A stretch of 64,000 nucleotides of DNA from Candidatus Poribacteria bacterium (GCA_965218095.1 OZ244587.1:4765203-4829202); one strand, 5' to 3'; numbered from the stretch's first letter, positions 49,074 to 58,830 are shown. Translations and numbers: made by a program. The notes: a model not told the origin generated them from the letters alone.

Positions 49074-49637
49074 ATGATACTCATGATTGACAATTACGAC
49101 TCATTCACCTACAATCTCGTGCAATATCTCGGCGAGTTGGGGGCGAATCTTGTCGTCCATCGCAACGACAAAATCACGCTTGACCAGATCGAAGACCTCG
49201 CACCTGAGAAGGTCGTCATATCGCCGGGGCCCTGCACGCCGCGGGAGGCAGGCATCTCCTGTAAGTTGATTCGTCACTTTGCCGGGCGTGTGCCCCTTCT
49301 CGGCGTCTGCTTGGGGCATCAGTGCATCGGCGATGTTTTTGGCGGCGAGGTCGTTCGCGCCGGACGATTGATGCACGGCAAGACTTCGATGATTTACCAC
49401 AATGGACAAGAGCTCTTTGCCAATCTGGAGTATCCCTTTGAGGCAACACGCTATCACTCACTGATTGTCGCAAAGGAGACGCTGCCAGATTGTCTGGAGC
49501 TCACGGCGTGGACAGACCAGGACGAAGTTATGGGGATTCGACACAAAGATTATCCGATCTGGGGAGTGCAGTTTCACCCAGAGTCGATCTTGACTCGCGA
49601 GGGGAAAAAACTGTTGGGGAATTTTTTGAGGAGGTAG
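49074..49637 (+). CDS. trpG: Anthranilate synthase component II / glutamine amidotransferase
   Basis: Class I GATase: GVCLGHQ catalytic Cys, HPES. Confidence 0.9.
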   Translation: MILMIDNYDSFTYNLVQYLGELGANLVVHRNDKITLDQIEDLAPEKVVISPGPCTPREAGISCKLIRHFAGRVPLLGVCLGHQCIGDVFGGEVVRAGRLMHGKTSMIYHNGQELFANLEYPFEATRYHSLIVAKETLPDCLELTAWTDQDEVMGIRHKDYPIWGVQFHPESILTREGKKLLGNFLRR

Positions 49638-49688
49638 GCAATGTCTGAGACGACGCTATCCCTCCGCCAGGTACGGGTGAATGCTCGT

Positions 49689-50261
49689 TCACCCCTCATA
49701 AATGTCCTGAAACTGCTCTAACGCCGCCGCTAGATTCGCGGCAATCAGATCGCCAACATAATCGTCATCCACCGAGGTCGTGCCGTCATTGGCGATGTCA
49801 ATCCCATCGCCCTTGATGTTCCGTGTCGCTTGCGCTGCTATGGCGTCAAGTTTGCTTTCATCACTCGATGTGAACGGTCGGGACACCGCTATCGTCTTTG
49901 TGCCGTCGGTCTCCTCGGTAATCGTGATGCCCACGCCTTGGGCAATCGAATCGCCGCCGCTACTGCTCACCTGCGTCCACGCACTGCCGTCTGCCGATAT
50001 ATAAATCCCACCCGTGTCGCCCGTCCGAAAATAGATCGCCCGACGCCCCGACACCAGTAGGCTCTCCGCAGGGGCGTCATCACCTACCAAGATCAGATCC
50101 TCGCTCGTGAACTTGATCAGGTTGCCATACGTCATCCCCTTCAAGTCCGCAAGCGTGGCATCTCCACTGCTGGGCACCGCCGCCGGCAGCCGCACGTCGT
50201 CCAACTCCGACTCCGCAACCTCCGGCACCGCTGTGGTATCGATGATATTTCGTTCTGGCAT
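49689..50261 (-). CDS. Hypothetical protein (190 aa; Gly/Asp/Thr-rich C-terminal half)
   Basis: Coherent ORF convergent with trpG. No recognisable domain. Confidence 0.4.
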   Translation of the reverse strand: MPERNIIDTTAVPEVAESELDDVRLPAAVPSSGDATLADLKGMTYGNLIKFTSEDLILVGDDAPAESLLVSGRRAIYFRTGDTGGIYISADGSAWTQVSSSGGDSIAQGVGITITEETDGTKTIAVSRPFTSSDESKLDAIAAQATRNIKGDGIDIANDGTTSVDDDYVGDLIAANLAAALEQFQDIYEG

Positions 50262-50280
50262 CGTCTTACATTCCCGTAAC

Positions 50281-50336
50281 TGTGCACAAAAAAAAGGCGC
50301 AAACTCCCGGTATCATGCCTGATACCGGGGCTTTGC
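50281..50336 (-). terminator. Rho-independent terminator, minus-strand sense (nested hairpin followed by a T-run)
   Basis: Minus strand reads GGGCGCAAAGCCCCGGTATCAGGCATGATACCGGGAGTTTGCGCC then TTTTTTTTG. Confidence 0.5.
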
Positions 50337-50492
50337 GCCCTCAAATCCCTGTTATTACGCAGCGCAAACAGTATACCCAAAAGTATAACCGTTTGTCAAT
50401 CTGTTTTATCGTCCTGTTTTATCGTCTAATCACCATTGCCCTCCATATCAAATAGACCCGGTATCCCATTCAGGATCAAGCCCCAAGCGATT

Positions 50493-50882
50493 TCATCTGG
50501 TAAGTCTTAGCAAAGCTATTTCATATTCTAAACCATCTATTTCAGATCCTAAATCATCTATTTCAGATCCTAAACTAGATATTTCAGATTCTAAATCATC
50601 TATCTCAGATCCTAAATCATCTATCTTAGAAATCAGGGACCCGGACCTATATGTTGGCTGGGTACCACCAATTCTTTTATTCAGCTTGTCGATTCTTGAA
50701 TTCAATGTGTCAACACTACTGGTAAGACTTTGGATAGCCCTGCGTAACTGATGATCAGACGCTGGACTATAACTTACGTCGATTGCAAAAACAACAACTA
50801 CAGCGGTTATCAATAACCCAATCCATTTGATCAGTTTTATGCGTCCCATTTTTATCATCTCCTTATCAGACATTTTACTCAA
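50493..50882 (-). CDS. Small membrane-anchored coiled-coil protein with tandem D-D-L-G-S-E-I heptad repeats
   Basis: N-terminal TM helix. The DNA shows 21-bp tandem repeats at 50520-50630 (atctatttcagatcctaaatc...). AT-rich. Confidence 0.5.
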   Translation of the reverse strand: MSKMSDKEMIKMGRIKLIKWIGLLITAVVVVFAIDVSYSPASDHQLRRAIQSLTSSVDTLNSRIDKLNKRIGGTQPTYRSGSLISKIDDLGSEIDDLESEISSLGSEIDDLGSEIDGLEYEIALLRLTR

Positions 50883-51377
50883 TATAATTTACCTGATACT
50901 TATCCAGAAATAAATCAAGGTGTTTTCTTGCTTCCAATTCATTTGTGCCCCTGTATATTGGATATCCTTGGCATTTACCATCAGGAAAGCGCAGAATTCC
51001 ACTGATAATCCAATAACCAGAATCCTATATCAATTTAACAGCCTCTAAATGCTCATCATCCACAAAAGTACTACCTCCCTTAAACTCCCTTAAAACCAGT
51101 AAGAGTTATTTTAGCACACCTCCTTTCAGATTGCCCCGGATCTGATCACGACTGAGATCTAGCGTTTTTTTGTTTGACAAGACTTCGTTGGGTTTGCTAC
51201 AATATGCAATGCATGTGGCTACCCCTAGCTGCCACACCAGGGATAGCCTCAAGCCGAACAACCAAGTTCGTTAGGAGCGCCCCCATTGGTTGAGCGACTT
51301 TGGTATATTATAACGCATTTCTACCCTAAAACAGAAAAAAAATATAGAAATTGCCATAATATCACCGAAATATACCG

Positions 51378-51428
51378 AAAAAAAGGCGGGATCGCTCAAA
51401 TTCTGACGCGATCCCGCCTTTTTTTTGT
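51378..51428. terminator. Bidirectional rho-independent terminator located where the HsdM homology stops
   Basis: AAAAAAA then GGCGGGATCGC-tcaaattctga-GCGATCCCGCC then TTTTTTTTG. Confidence 0.6.
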
Positions 51429-51831
51429 CGCTGTCGTAGATATCCCCTTTCACATCGGTATCCAGACCGCTCCATGTTTCATCATTGATGAGTTGAATGA
51501 TTTGCTTCAGTTTGACGGGATCTTGGATCCTGTTTTGGGATTTTCTGAAGATTACACCTAGCGTACCGCTCTCCAGAGCCAACGTGTCGAGGATATCGCG
51601 GTAGTGTGTTTCAAGGGCAGCGCCCTCCTTGGCGACTAAACCTTCCCAGTCTTTCCCTGCGGGGACAACGGGGTCCTTGTTGTATGGCGGTTTGGTCTGC
51701 TCGTCCGCCATTTTCAGAAATAGGAGATAGGTCAACTGTTCCACATAGTCGCCGTAGCTGATCCCATCATCACGAAGGACGTTACAATAATTCCACAGTT
51801 TTTGCACAATAGCTGATGAATCGTTTGGCAT
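51425..51831 (-). pseudogene. hsdM: Type I RM methyltransferase HsdM: N-terminal domain only (truncated)
   Basis: LWNYCNVLRDDGISYGDYVEQLTYLLFLKMADEQ...TWSGLDTDVKGDIYD is the HsdM N-domain. The catalytic domain (xxFYTP, NPPF) is absent. The ORF runs on through the terminator into AT-rich DNA. Confidence 0.55.
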
Positions 51832-51871
51832 TTTCGGGATGGTTCTCCTGCGGTTGTATGGGAGGGCACGT

Positions 51872-52255
51872 TTATACCGGCGGCATTATTACCAATTGAC
51901 TGGCAAGAGCCAGCTTTCTTGCGATGCGATCGCGCGCGATCTTGTCTGCCGGGAACGGTGTGATATTCGCATGTAGTTCATGAGGGATGATGTCTGGAAT
52001 AACTGTAAGATGATTCTCATAAACGACCTCTGCCAAAAGATCTGCCCTTGCTCTCAGTGTTCTTTCGCCTTGGACGTTTTCCCGCCCAATCACCCACACT
52101 TCGCTCTCAGAGAGGGATGAGATACGAAACACAGACAGATCCTCGCTATATAGAGGTGGCATGAATGCCGCATATTTGACAACCTTTTTTTCTACGGAAA
52201 AATGTCTTTTAGAAAAAATAAAGCGGGTAAGTTTCTCGCCTCCTGAAAAATTCAT
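51872..52255 (-). CDS. Hypothetical protein (127 aa) within the RM island
   Basis: ORF coherent with its neighbours. No known motif. Confidence 0.35.
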   Translation of the reverse strand: MNFSGGEKLTRFIFSKRHFSVEKKVVKYAAFMPPLYSEDLSVFRISSLSESEVWVIGRENVQGERTLRARADLLAEVVYENHLTVIPDIIPHELHANITPFPADKIARDRIARKLALASQLVIMPPV

Positions 52256-52265
52256 ATCATGTCCT

Positions 52266-52688
52266 TTATTGAAAGAGGCGGTTTAACGTTGTAAGAAAAC
52301 CCGGTAGAAGGGCAAAGTCCGACAAGGCACAAATTCCTGCAATCTCCCGCTTATCACTAAAAAAGGCACCGTAGATGACGTGACCGTCACCGTATAGGCT
52401 CATCGTCGCTATGCCATCCCCTGGTCGCCATTCCAACCCAATCCCTCCATCTTCCAACCACATCATCTCAGGCATTGGAATATTACGCTGCATCTGCTCC
52501 AGCAAAGAAAGTGTTTCATTGTACGCCGATTCAGGGACAGGCTCAACTTCGTTATCCAACTCACAGGCTTCCTCAACCTCCTCGCGGATATCCTCTAGCT
52601 CTCGTTGCACCTGTTTCCTAAACAGTGCTTCATCTACAGGAGGCCGAACGAAATCAAGTTTCTTTTTTGGGGTTTCCATAATGTTCAC
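52266..52688 (-). CDS. Hypothetical protein (140 aa) within the RM island
   Basis: ORF with an acidic N-terminal half. No known motif. Confidence 0.35.
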   Translation of the reverse strand: MNIMETPKKKLDFVRPPVDEALFRKQVQRELEDIREEVEEACELDNEVEPVPESAYNETLSLLEQMQRNIPMPEMMWLEDGGIGLEWRPGDGIATMSLYGDGHVIYGAFFSDKREIAGICALSDFALLPGFLTTLNRLFQ

Positions 52689-52950
52689 CTATCCGATTTT
52701 GAGATACGTTTCTTAATGAGGTATCTCCGAAATCTGATTCATCGTTATCCCCTCGTAGCTCTGCCAGCAGTACGTCTCCGATATAATCATCGTGGCGTTC
52801 GCCTACGTCTGTTACCTCACACTCCAGCGTCCCTGCCAACGCCAGGAGGGGATCGGTGCCCTGCGTTTCCTGGGCTGGATCTTCGTTTTCTGGAATATTA
52901 TCTAAGGCGATTTCGGCAGATAAATCTGTCCACTCTCCTCGTGCCCTCAT
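52654..52950 (-). CDS. Hypothetical acidic protein (98 aa) within the RM island
   Basis: The ORF overlaps its downstream neighbour by 35 nt. No known motif. Confidence 0.3.
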   Translation of the reverse strand: MRARGEWTDLSAEIALDNIPENEDPAQETQGTDPLLALAGTLECEVTDVGERHDDYIGDVLLAELRGDNDESDFGDTSLRNVSQNRIGEHYGNPKKET

Positions 52951-53015
52951 ACCTAATATCTCCCAATTAAAATTAAGACTTTAACAAGCAATTGGCAATC
53001 AAATTACACTTAATT

Positions 53016-53804
53016 TTAACCTAAGTTTTCACTAAATACAATCTCTTTCTGTACCTTGATCCGTTCAAGCAAGACACTAGCAGGTTCATCGTTTGGGTCT
53101 TGCGACACCAATTTTCCAGAGAAGGCTTTTTTGAGAATTGACTGACGCAATTGCTCGGCGCGTTTCAGTTCTGCCGTAATAGTTTTTTCCACTTTGTCGG
53201 CAGCAAAGAGATGACGTTCGACTTCTTCAACAAGAATCTGCTGCTCTTTTTCCGGTGGCATAGGGACTGCAAGGAGTCTGAGTTTTGTGCCGTTTACATT
53301 TGCCTGTCCTGCCTGTTGAGACACAACCGATAAAATCCAATCTTTACCATACACGGAGTTAATATAGTACGCTACAATCATCGAATCAATATGTGGATTA
53401 AACCGTACCCTAATAAGATATGAAGCGAACGAACACGGGTTGGGTATTCCTGTATAAACTGCCGTTTTGCCAACTAATTCACGGCTATTTGTGCGATTGA
53501 ATAGCAAATCCCCTTTATTCAGCAACAACTCTGGAAATTCATCGTGTTCTTTCGGGAGATATTTCAGATTATTCAGAACGATTTTACCGTCAACAATATT
53601 CCCCATTCTCAGCACAGGTATATCGTTTGAATCCTCGCTTGTTTTTTTTGATGAGCCGTATTGGATTTTTGTCAAGAGTTGTTCAACAGTTGCCCAAGTC
53701 CATCCCTTTGGTAACTTTGGCAGCTCATTCGTATCAGGTGCAACAGGTTCTTTATACTTCGCCTTCCATTTATCATCTTTGGGTATTTCTCCCTTTGCCT
53801 GCAT
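53016..53804 (-). CDS. hsdS: Type I RM specificity subunit HsdS, C-terminal half (TRD2 + conserved helix)
   Basis: TRD followed by the conserved ...LRQSILKKAFSGKL... In the same frame as the upstream half, separated by a single TAG. Confidence 0.65.
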   Translation of the reverse strand: MQAKGEIPKDDKWKAKYKEPVAPDTNELPKLPKGWTWATVEQLLTKIQYGSSKKTSEDSNDIPVLRMGNIVDGKIVLNNLKYLPKEHDEFPELLLNKGDLLFNRTNSRELVGKTAVYTGIPNPCSFASYLIRVRFNPHIDSMIVAYYINSVYGKDWILSVVSQQAGQANVNGTKLRLLAVPMPPEKEQQILVEEVERHLFAADKVEKTITAELKRAEQLRQSILKKAFSGKLVSQDPNDEPASVLLERIKVQKEIVFSENLG

Positions 53805-53825
53805 CTGCTCAAGCTGCTCTGCCTC

Positions 53826-54512
53826 CTACTTCTCCCGCCGCGCTTTGAGAATACGCTCAAGTAGTACAGAAGCAGGTTCAATCCCGTCCTGATGCTCCGC
53901 CCGCCACGCTTCAGTCAGCTTTCCTTCAAAGGCAGCTTTCAGGACGGATTGGCGATACTGCTTGAGTTGGGATTGTGCCTTGTGGAGTGCGTTAATGCCC
54001 GCATCAAGTTTGGCGAGGAGTTCTTCGATTTTGGTGACGATGCGGTATTGTTCGGGGAGTGGGGGTAGAGGGATTTCAAAGGTTTTGAGTTGGTTCCCCG
54101 TTATCGCATTAAAAGTTGTTCCAGCACCTCTGCCCGCGAGTTCATCTTCATAGGCACGCATCAAATAGAAGATGAAAAACGGCTCAATACCACTTAACCC
54201 ACGGATTGCTGCAAGACCTCTACCTACGCAGGATTTTTCAGGGCATAAGTTCGTTGGACCAACAGGTGCGCGAACAGAAATAAATACGTCCCCTTTTTCA
54301 GCGATTTTTTTCGGTGCGGCACACCACTTTTGTGGCGTTGGGTAGATCTCACCAAATTCAAGTTTACCTTGATAAAAAGGAAGTCCTTTTCCGTCAGTAT
54401 TATAGGTTGATGATGGTGGCGATTGCCCCAATATAATTTTGCTGATTTCCTCTAATCTCGTCCACACCCACCCATCGGGCAGCTCAGACAAACCTACATC
54501 CGTTTCGCTCAT
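53826..54512 (-). CDS. hsdS: Type I RM specificity subunit HsdS, N-terminal half (TRD1 + conserved helix), ending at an in-frame TAG
   Basis: ...LPEQYRIVTKIEELLAKLDAGINALHKAQSQLKQYRQSVLKAAFEGKL... 4-nt overlap with the fic start. Confidence 0.65.
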   Translation of the reverse strand: MSETDVGLSELPDGWVWTRLEEISKIILGQSPPSSTYNTDGKGLPFYQGKLEFGEIYPTPQKWCAAPKKIAEKGDVFISVRAPVGPTNLCPEKSCVGRGLAAIRGLSGIEPFFIFYLMRAYEDELAGRGAGTTFNAITGNQLKTFEIPLPPLPEQYRIVTKIEELLAKLDAGINALHKAQSQLKQYRQSVLKAAFEGKLTEAWRAEHQDGIEPASVLLERILKARREK

Positions 54513-55699
54513 ATCACATGCTTCCTTTGGTTCATTGATTTTGTTCTTTCTGTCATGATTATATTGAGTATTTCATCTGCAACAAACAGACGGTTTCGCC
54601 GCCATCCGGTTATTTCCCTGAGTGTGCCTTTTTCGATAAGATAATCCACTCCCCGCTGAACGGTGGGAAAGGGCATCTCCCAAGCCTTCGATAATTCTGA
54701 AATTGAGATAATAGGACTTGCAAACAGATAGTCAATCAAGCGGTTTACAACCTTCAGCACCCTTCGACCGGCTGCAATTGCTCTGTATCGGTTTTGTAAG
54801 TCAAGCAATTTTTGAACCGTCAAAAGGGCATCTTCTGACTGTTGACGAATCCCGTTTAAGAAAAATGTGAGCCAAGCTTTCCAGTCCCCTTTTTGGCTTA
54901 CATTCAACAGCAATTTATAATATTCATCTCTATGCTTCTCAAAAAAATCGGAAAGATAAAGGAGGGGCTGCGATAACAACTCCTTTTCCAATAACATAAA
55001 CGTAATAAGAAGCCTGCCGATCCTTCCATTGCCATCAAGAAACGGGTGAATCGCCTCAAACTGATAATGAACCAGAGCGCATTGAATCAATGCCGGTTCC
55101 CTTGCGTTGGAATGGATGTATTTTTCCAAGTCTGAAAAACAACCTTTCATCTCTGGGTCCGGCGGAGGAACATAGGTTGCGTCCATCAAAGTACACCCGG
55201 GGCTACCAATCCAGTTTTGGCTCGTCCGCATCAAACCCGGGGTTGCACGTTCACCCCGCACCCCCTTCATTAGAATTCCGTGTATTTCACAGGTCAGCCG
55301 AGAACTTATCGGCAACTCTCGCAACCGTTTGATTCCATGTTCCATGGCTCTAACATAGTTGAAGATCTCTTTTACATCGGATGCAGGGGACGGCTCCGTT
55401 TCATCTGCTTCAAAGAGAAAGAGATCATCTAAACCGGATTGGGTGTTTTCAATTCTCGAACTCATTACGGCTTCACGCCGAATAAAAGGGCCAATCAACA
55501 GATGCGGATTAGGAAGCAGTTGCCCTGCACCGGATAACTCTCCAAGTTTGCTGTCTGCTTTTGATAAAAGATTAGCTAACTCCCAATCCACTTCGATTTT
55601 TGATGGGAGTGGATTCGGCACATAAGCCGAATATGGGGGACGGCTTATCGTGCGAATACATTTACCAGCGGTTGAATTTTTGAAATCTTCCGGATTCAT
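54509..55699 (-). CDS. fic: Fic-family protein (AMPylation motif) with a C-terminal winged-HTH
   Basis: HPFLDGNGRIGR Fic motif. C-terminal wHTH-like region. Confidence 0.85.
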   Translation of the reverse strand: MNPEDFKNSTAGKCIRTISRPPYSAYVPNPLPSKIEVDWELANLLSKADSKLGELSGAGQLLPNPHLLIGPFIRREAVMSSRIENTQSGLDDLFLFEADETEPSPASDVKEIFNYVRAMEHGIKRLRELPISSRLTCEIHGILMKGVRGERATPGLMRTSQNWIGSPGCTLMDATYVPPPDPEMKGCFSDLEKYIHSNAREPALIQCALVHYQFEAIHPFLDGNGRIGRLLITFMLLEKELLSQPLLYLSDFFEKHRDEYYKLLLNVSQKGDWKAWLTFFLNGIRQQSEDALLTVQKLLDLQNRYRAIAAGRRVLKVVNRLIDYLFASPIISISELSKAWEMPFPTVQRGVDYLIEKGTLREITGWRRNRLFVADEILNIIMTERTKSMNQRKHVI

Positions 55700-55722
55700 T
55701 TTTTATCACTTTACGTTAATAA

Positions 55723-55890
55723 GATACAGTATTATTAACGTTTTTATGGGTTTGTGTTAATAAGGTTTAGCGTTATTAATGTTTTTTGCGAATTCGTGTT
55801 AATAAGATCTAGTGTCATTAACATTCTTGTGAATCAACGTTAATAAAATGTAGTATTATTAACGTTTTTTCGAGTTACTGTTAAAGCGTT
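55723..55890. promoter_or_regulatory. Four tandem 41-bp units, each with the palindrome GTTAATAA-N9-TTATTAAC; operator-like array upstream of fic
   Basis: Units read directly: acGTTAATAAgatacagtaTTATTAAC, gtGTTAATAAggtttagcgTTATTAAt, gtGTTAATAAgatctagtgTCATTAAC, GTTAATAAaatgtagtaTTATTAAC. Confidence 0.6.
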
Positions 55891-55929
55891 TGATAACAGC
55901 AGGGATTTTATCCAATTGAGGCATCTACC

Positions 55930-58830
55930 TCACGCCGCCAACTGCTCATTCAACGCCTCAAGAATTGTATCCAACGCATCCCCAAACAACTGATACACCT
56001 TAATCGCCCCGCCCTTTGCCTGAAACGGTATGTTCTCAAAATCATCCATTTCAATGCGTAGCGATGTGGCGATATGGTCTTTTATCATCTCCAACCACGC
56101 TATCTGTTCTTGTGAAAATTCCTTCTCCTGATTGGTGAGCCATTCTTGGAACTGTTGATCGACGGTCTCTTTGTAAGGCTCAAGCGTTGCAGTATCCCCA
56201 ATTGCAAAGCGGACTAACGAAATGATGTCGGTCAATAGCTTGTGCGGGCCCGCTCCCTTGACTTTCGATTGGTCTAACCGCTCGTACGCCTGCCATAGCT
56301 CCTCTTTCGTGAAGCGATATGGCGGCTGTTCGATCGCTTGGGCGAGTTGCTGAACTTGTTGATATGTGAGATGCCGCTGCCCGTACGGTTTGCTGTAGAT
56401 AATCTGGATCGCTGTCAGTTCATCCTTGTTCTCTTCGATAAACTGCTTGAAACTTGCCACGCGCTGCTCCGCCCGCGCCTTTGCCTCACGGTCAAATCCC
56501 GAAGAGATGACGCTATCTTGGCTCACGGTGTCTATCGTCTGTTCCTGCTGCCTTTTGAGGTCAATGAGTGTGTTGCGTACGTCTGGGTTATCAAAGGGCT
56601 TACACGCCTCTGTGATAAGCCAATTCGTTTTCACCCGAATTTGCTCCGGCGTTAGGGATTCCGCCGGTGATTCGAGCAATAGCCGAATGTGCTCCGGCAC
56701 TAAGCCTTCAGTAGGTGATTCAGTCAATGCGATGGGTTGTTGATTATTGTCCGGATCCATCGCATCAAACAGGGCGTGGATCATACGCTGCAAGGAGATA
56801 CCCCCTGACACTTCGGCGATTTGTTTCCGGGCATCTTCTCCAATTTCACGGTCAAGACGTGCGAGCCTACCCGCCAACGAGGTCAAGGTATCGGTTTCTC
56901 GGTTGCCGAGCACCACAGACTCAAGCAACTTATCAAACGGCACACTCTGTTTTCGCTCAAGTGGTCGGGAATCGGTTTTGTCATTCTCACAAACGCCCAC
57001 TGCATCGACAATCACGAAATGGGTTTTGTGATGGGTGTCGGGAGTGACCGCGTGCAAATCTGTTGATGAAATCGTGCGCGTACCTCTGCCCTTCATCTGC
57101 TCAAAATAGACCTGCGATCTGATGTTTCGCATGAAGATGATACACTCTAACGGCTTGATATCCGTGCCTGTGGCGACCATGTCCACCGTTATGACGATGC
57201 GCGGATTGTATGAAATGCGGAAGCTAGTGAGCAGGTTTGCCGGTGTATCGCCCGTTGTGCGGTATGTAATCTTTTTACAGAAGTCGTTACCTTTCCCGAA
57301 CTCCTGACGGACGATATGTAGTATATCTTCAGCGTGGGAATCGTCTTTGGCAAAGATCAGTGTTTTCGGGACATGCTTTCTGCCGGGAAAAATCTCTGTG
57401 AACAGATTATCTCGGAAGGTTTGAATCACCTTGCGGATCTGGTCGTCTGCTACCACATCACGGTCAAGTTGATTCGCGCTGTACTCCATCTCCTCATCCA
57501 ACAGTTCCCATCGGATTTTGCGGGTAAGCTTGTCCCGTTTGTCAACGTAAAAGCCGGGAGGAATCTTGCTGCCTTCCTCCGTAATCTCTGTCTTGATACG
57601 ATACACCTCATACCCCACATTCACGCCATCGGCGACCGCTCGCTCGTGGGGATACTCTGTGACCAAGTTCTGATTGAAGAATCCGAGCGTCTGCTTTGAG
57701 GGTGTGGCAGTGAGACCAACGATAAAGGCGTCAAAATATTCCAGTACGGGCTTCCATCGGTAGTAAATCGAGCGATGGCACTCGTCGGTGATGATAAAGT
57801 CAAAGGTCGAAATCGGAATCTTGGGATTGTATACCACCTCCGCAGCGGGTTGATTCGTCGAATCAAGGTTGAGCAGCGATTCACTCTCGCCCTGTTCATC
57901 AAAAACCGATTCTCCCTTTAGCATCGAATACAACCGCTGAATCGTGGTGATACAGACCTTGCTCACCTTGTCAATCCGGTTGGTGGTGAGATGTTGCACG
58001 TTGTAAAGTTCGGTGAATTTCCTGCCATCGTCCGGTGTGGTATATTGCTGAAATTCTTTGTGCGTCTGTCTTCCGAGATTGCTGCGATCAACGAGAAAAA
58101 GTATCCTTTTGGCATTTGCAAACTTGATTAGCCGATAGGCGAAATTCACGGCGGTGTATGTTTTCCCGCTGCCGGTTGCCATCTGAATCAGCGCGCGAGG
58201 GTAATCTTTGGCAAATGACTCCTCTAGATTGGTGATTGCTTCAATTTGACAGTCTCGCAAACCCTGCTTATCCAGTACAGGTGGTGTCTGGAGGTTGTAT
58301 CGTAATGTAAGCGGCTGCTGAATCCACTGTAACAGGGTTTCCGGTTTGTGGAAGGCGAAAACGGGTCGGGAGCGGGAGTCCGGATCGCGTAGATCGCGGA
58401 AGAAGGTTTCAACCCCCGTGCTCTCATAACCAAAAGGTAAAGGTTTTCGATAGCATCGAAGGGTTACTGGAATCCCGGTGAGATACTTCTCAGTTTGTTC
58501 AGAGACCCCGCTGAGGGTTGTGCCCTCCGGTTTGGCTTCGATTACCCCGACCGCTCTTCTGTTGATAAATAGCAGGTAGTCTGTGGGCCCGGCGGACATA
58601 GGAAATTCACGTACCGCGACACCCAGCGATTCACTAGGATTCATCTGTTCATGATCTTGAATCGCCCAGCCCGCTGTGGTGAGCAGTTGGTCGATGTTCT
58701 GTCGTGCTTTTTCCTCGGGTTTCATATCTTCTTTATCTGTGGTGAGGTGAGATTGTCGTGCAAACGTCAGCGTTATTTTACCTGAATCTACTGCTGATGT
58801 CAAATGTCGCGTCCGTCCACTCGCATCCAA
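55930..58830 (-). CDS. hsdR: Type I restriction endonuclease subunit HsdR
   Basis: Helicase motifs (MATGSGKTYTA, DECHRS). HsdR N-terminal nuclease region. About 930-966 aa. The true start may be the internal Met near 58725. Confidence 0.85.
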   Translation of the reverse strand: MDASGRTRHLTSAVDSGKITLTFARQSHLTTDKEDMKPEEKARQNIDQLLTTAGWAIQDHEQMNPSESLGVAVREFPMSAGPTDYLLFINRRAVGVIEAKPEGTTLSGVSEQTEKYLTGIPVTLRCYRKPLPFGYESTGVETFFRDLRDPDSRSRPVFAFHKPETLLQWIQQPLTLRYNLQTPPVLDKQGLRDCQIEAITNLEESFAKDYPRALIQMATGSGKTYTAVNFAYRLIKFANAKRILFLVDRSNLGRQTHKEFQQYTTPDDGRKFTELYNVQHLTTNRIDKVSKVCITTIQRLYSMLKGESVFDEQGESESLLNLDSTNQPAAEVVYNPKIPISTFDFIITDECHRSIYYRWKPVLEYFDAFIVGLTATPSKQTLGFFNQNLVTEYPHERAVADGVNVGYEVYRIKTEITEEGSKIPPGFYVDKRDKLTRKIRWELLDEEMEYSANQLDRDVVADDQIRKVIQTFRDNLFTEIFPGRKHVPKTLIFAKDDSHAEDILHIVRQEFGKGNDFCKKITYRTTGDTPANLLTSFRISYNPRIVITVDMVATGTDIKPLECIIFMRNIRSQVYFEQMKGRGTRTISSTDLHAVTPDTHHKTHFVIVDAVGVCENDKTDSRPLERKQSVPFDKLLESVVLGNRETDTLTSLAGRLARLDREIGEDARKQIAEVSGGISLQRMIHALFDAMDPDNNQQPIALTESPTEGLVPEHIRLLLESPAESLTPEQIRVKTNWLITEACKPFDNPDVRNTLIDLKRQQEQTIDTVSQDSVISSGFDREAKARAEQRVASFKQFIEENKDELTAIQIIYSKPYGQRHLTYQQVQQLAQAIEQPPYRFTKEELWQAYERLDQSKVKGAGPHKLLTDIISLVRFAIGDTATLEPYKETVDQQFQEWLTNQEKEFSQEQIAWLEMIKDHIATSLRIEMDDFENIPFQAKGGAIKVYQLFGDALDTILEALNEQLAA

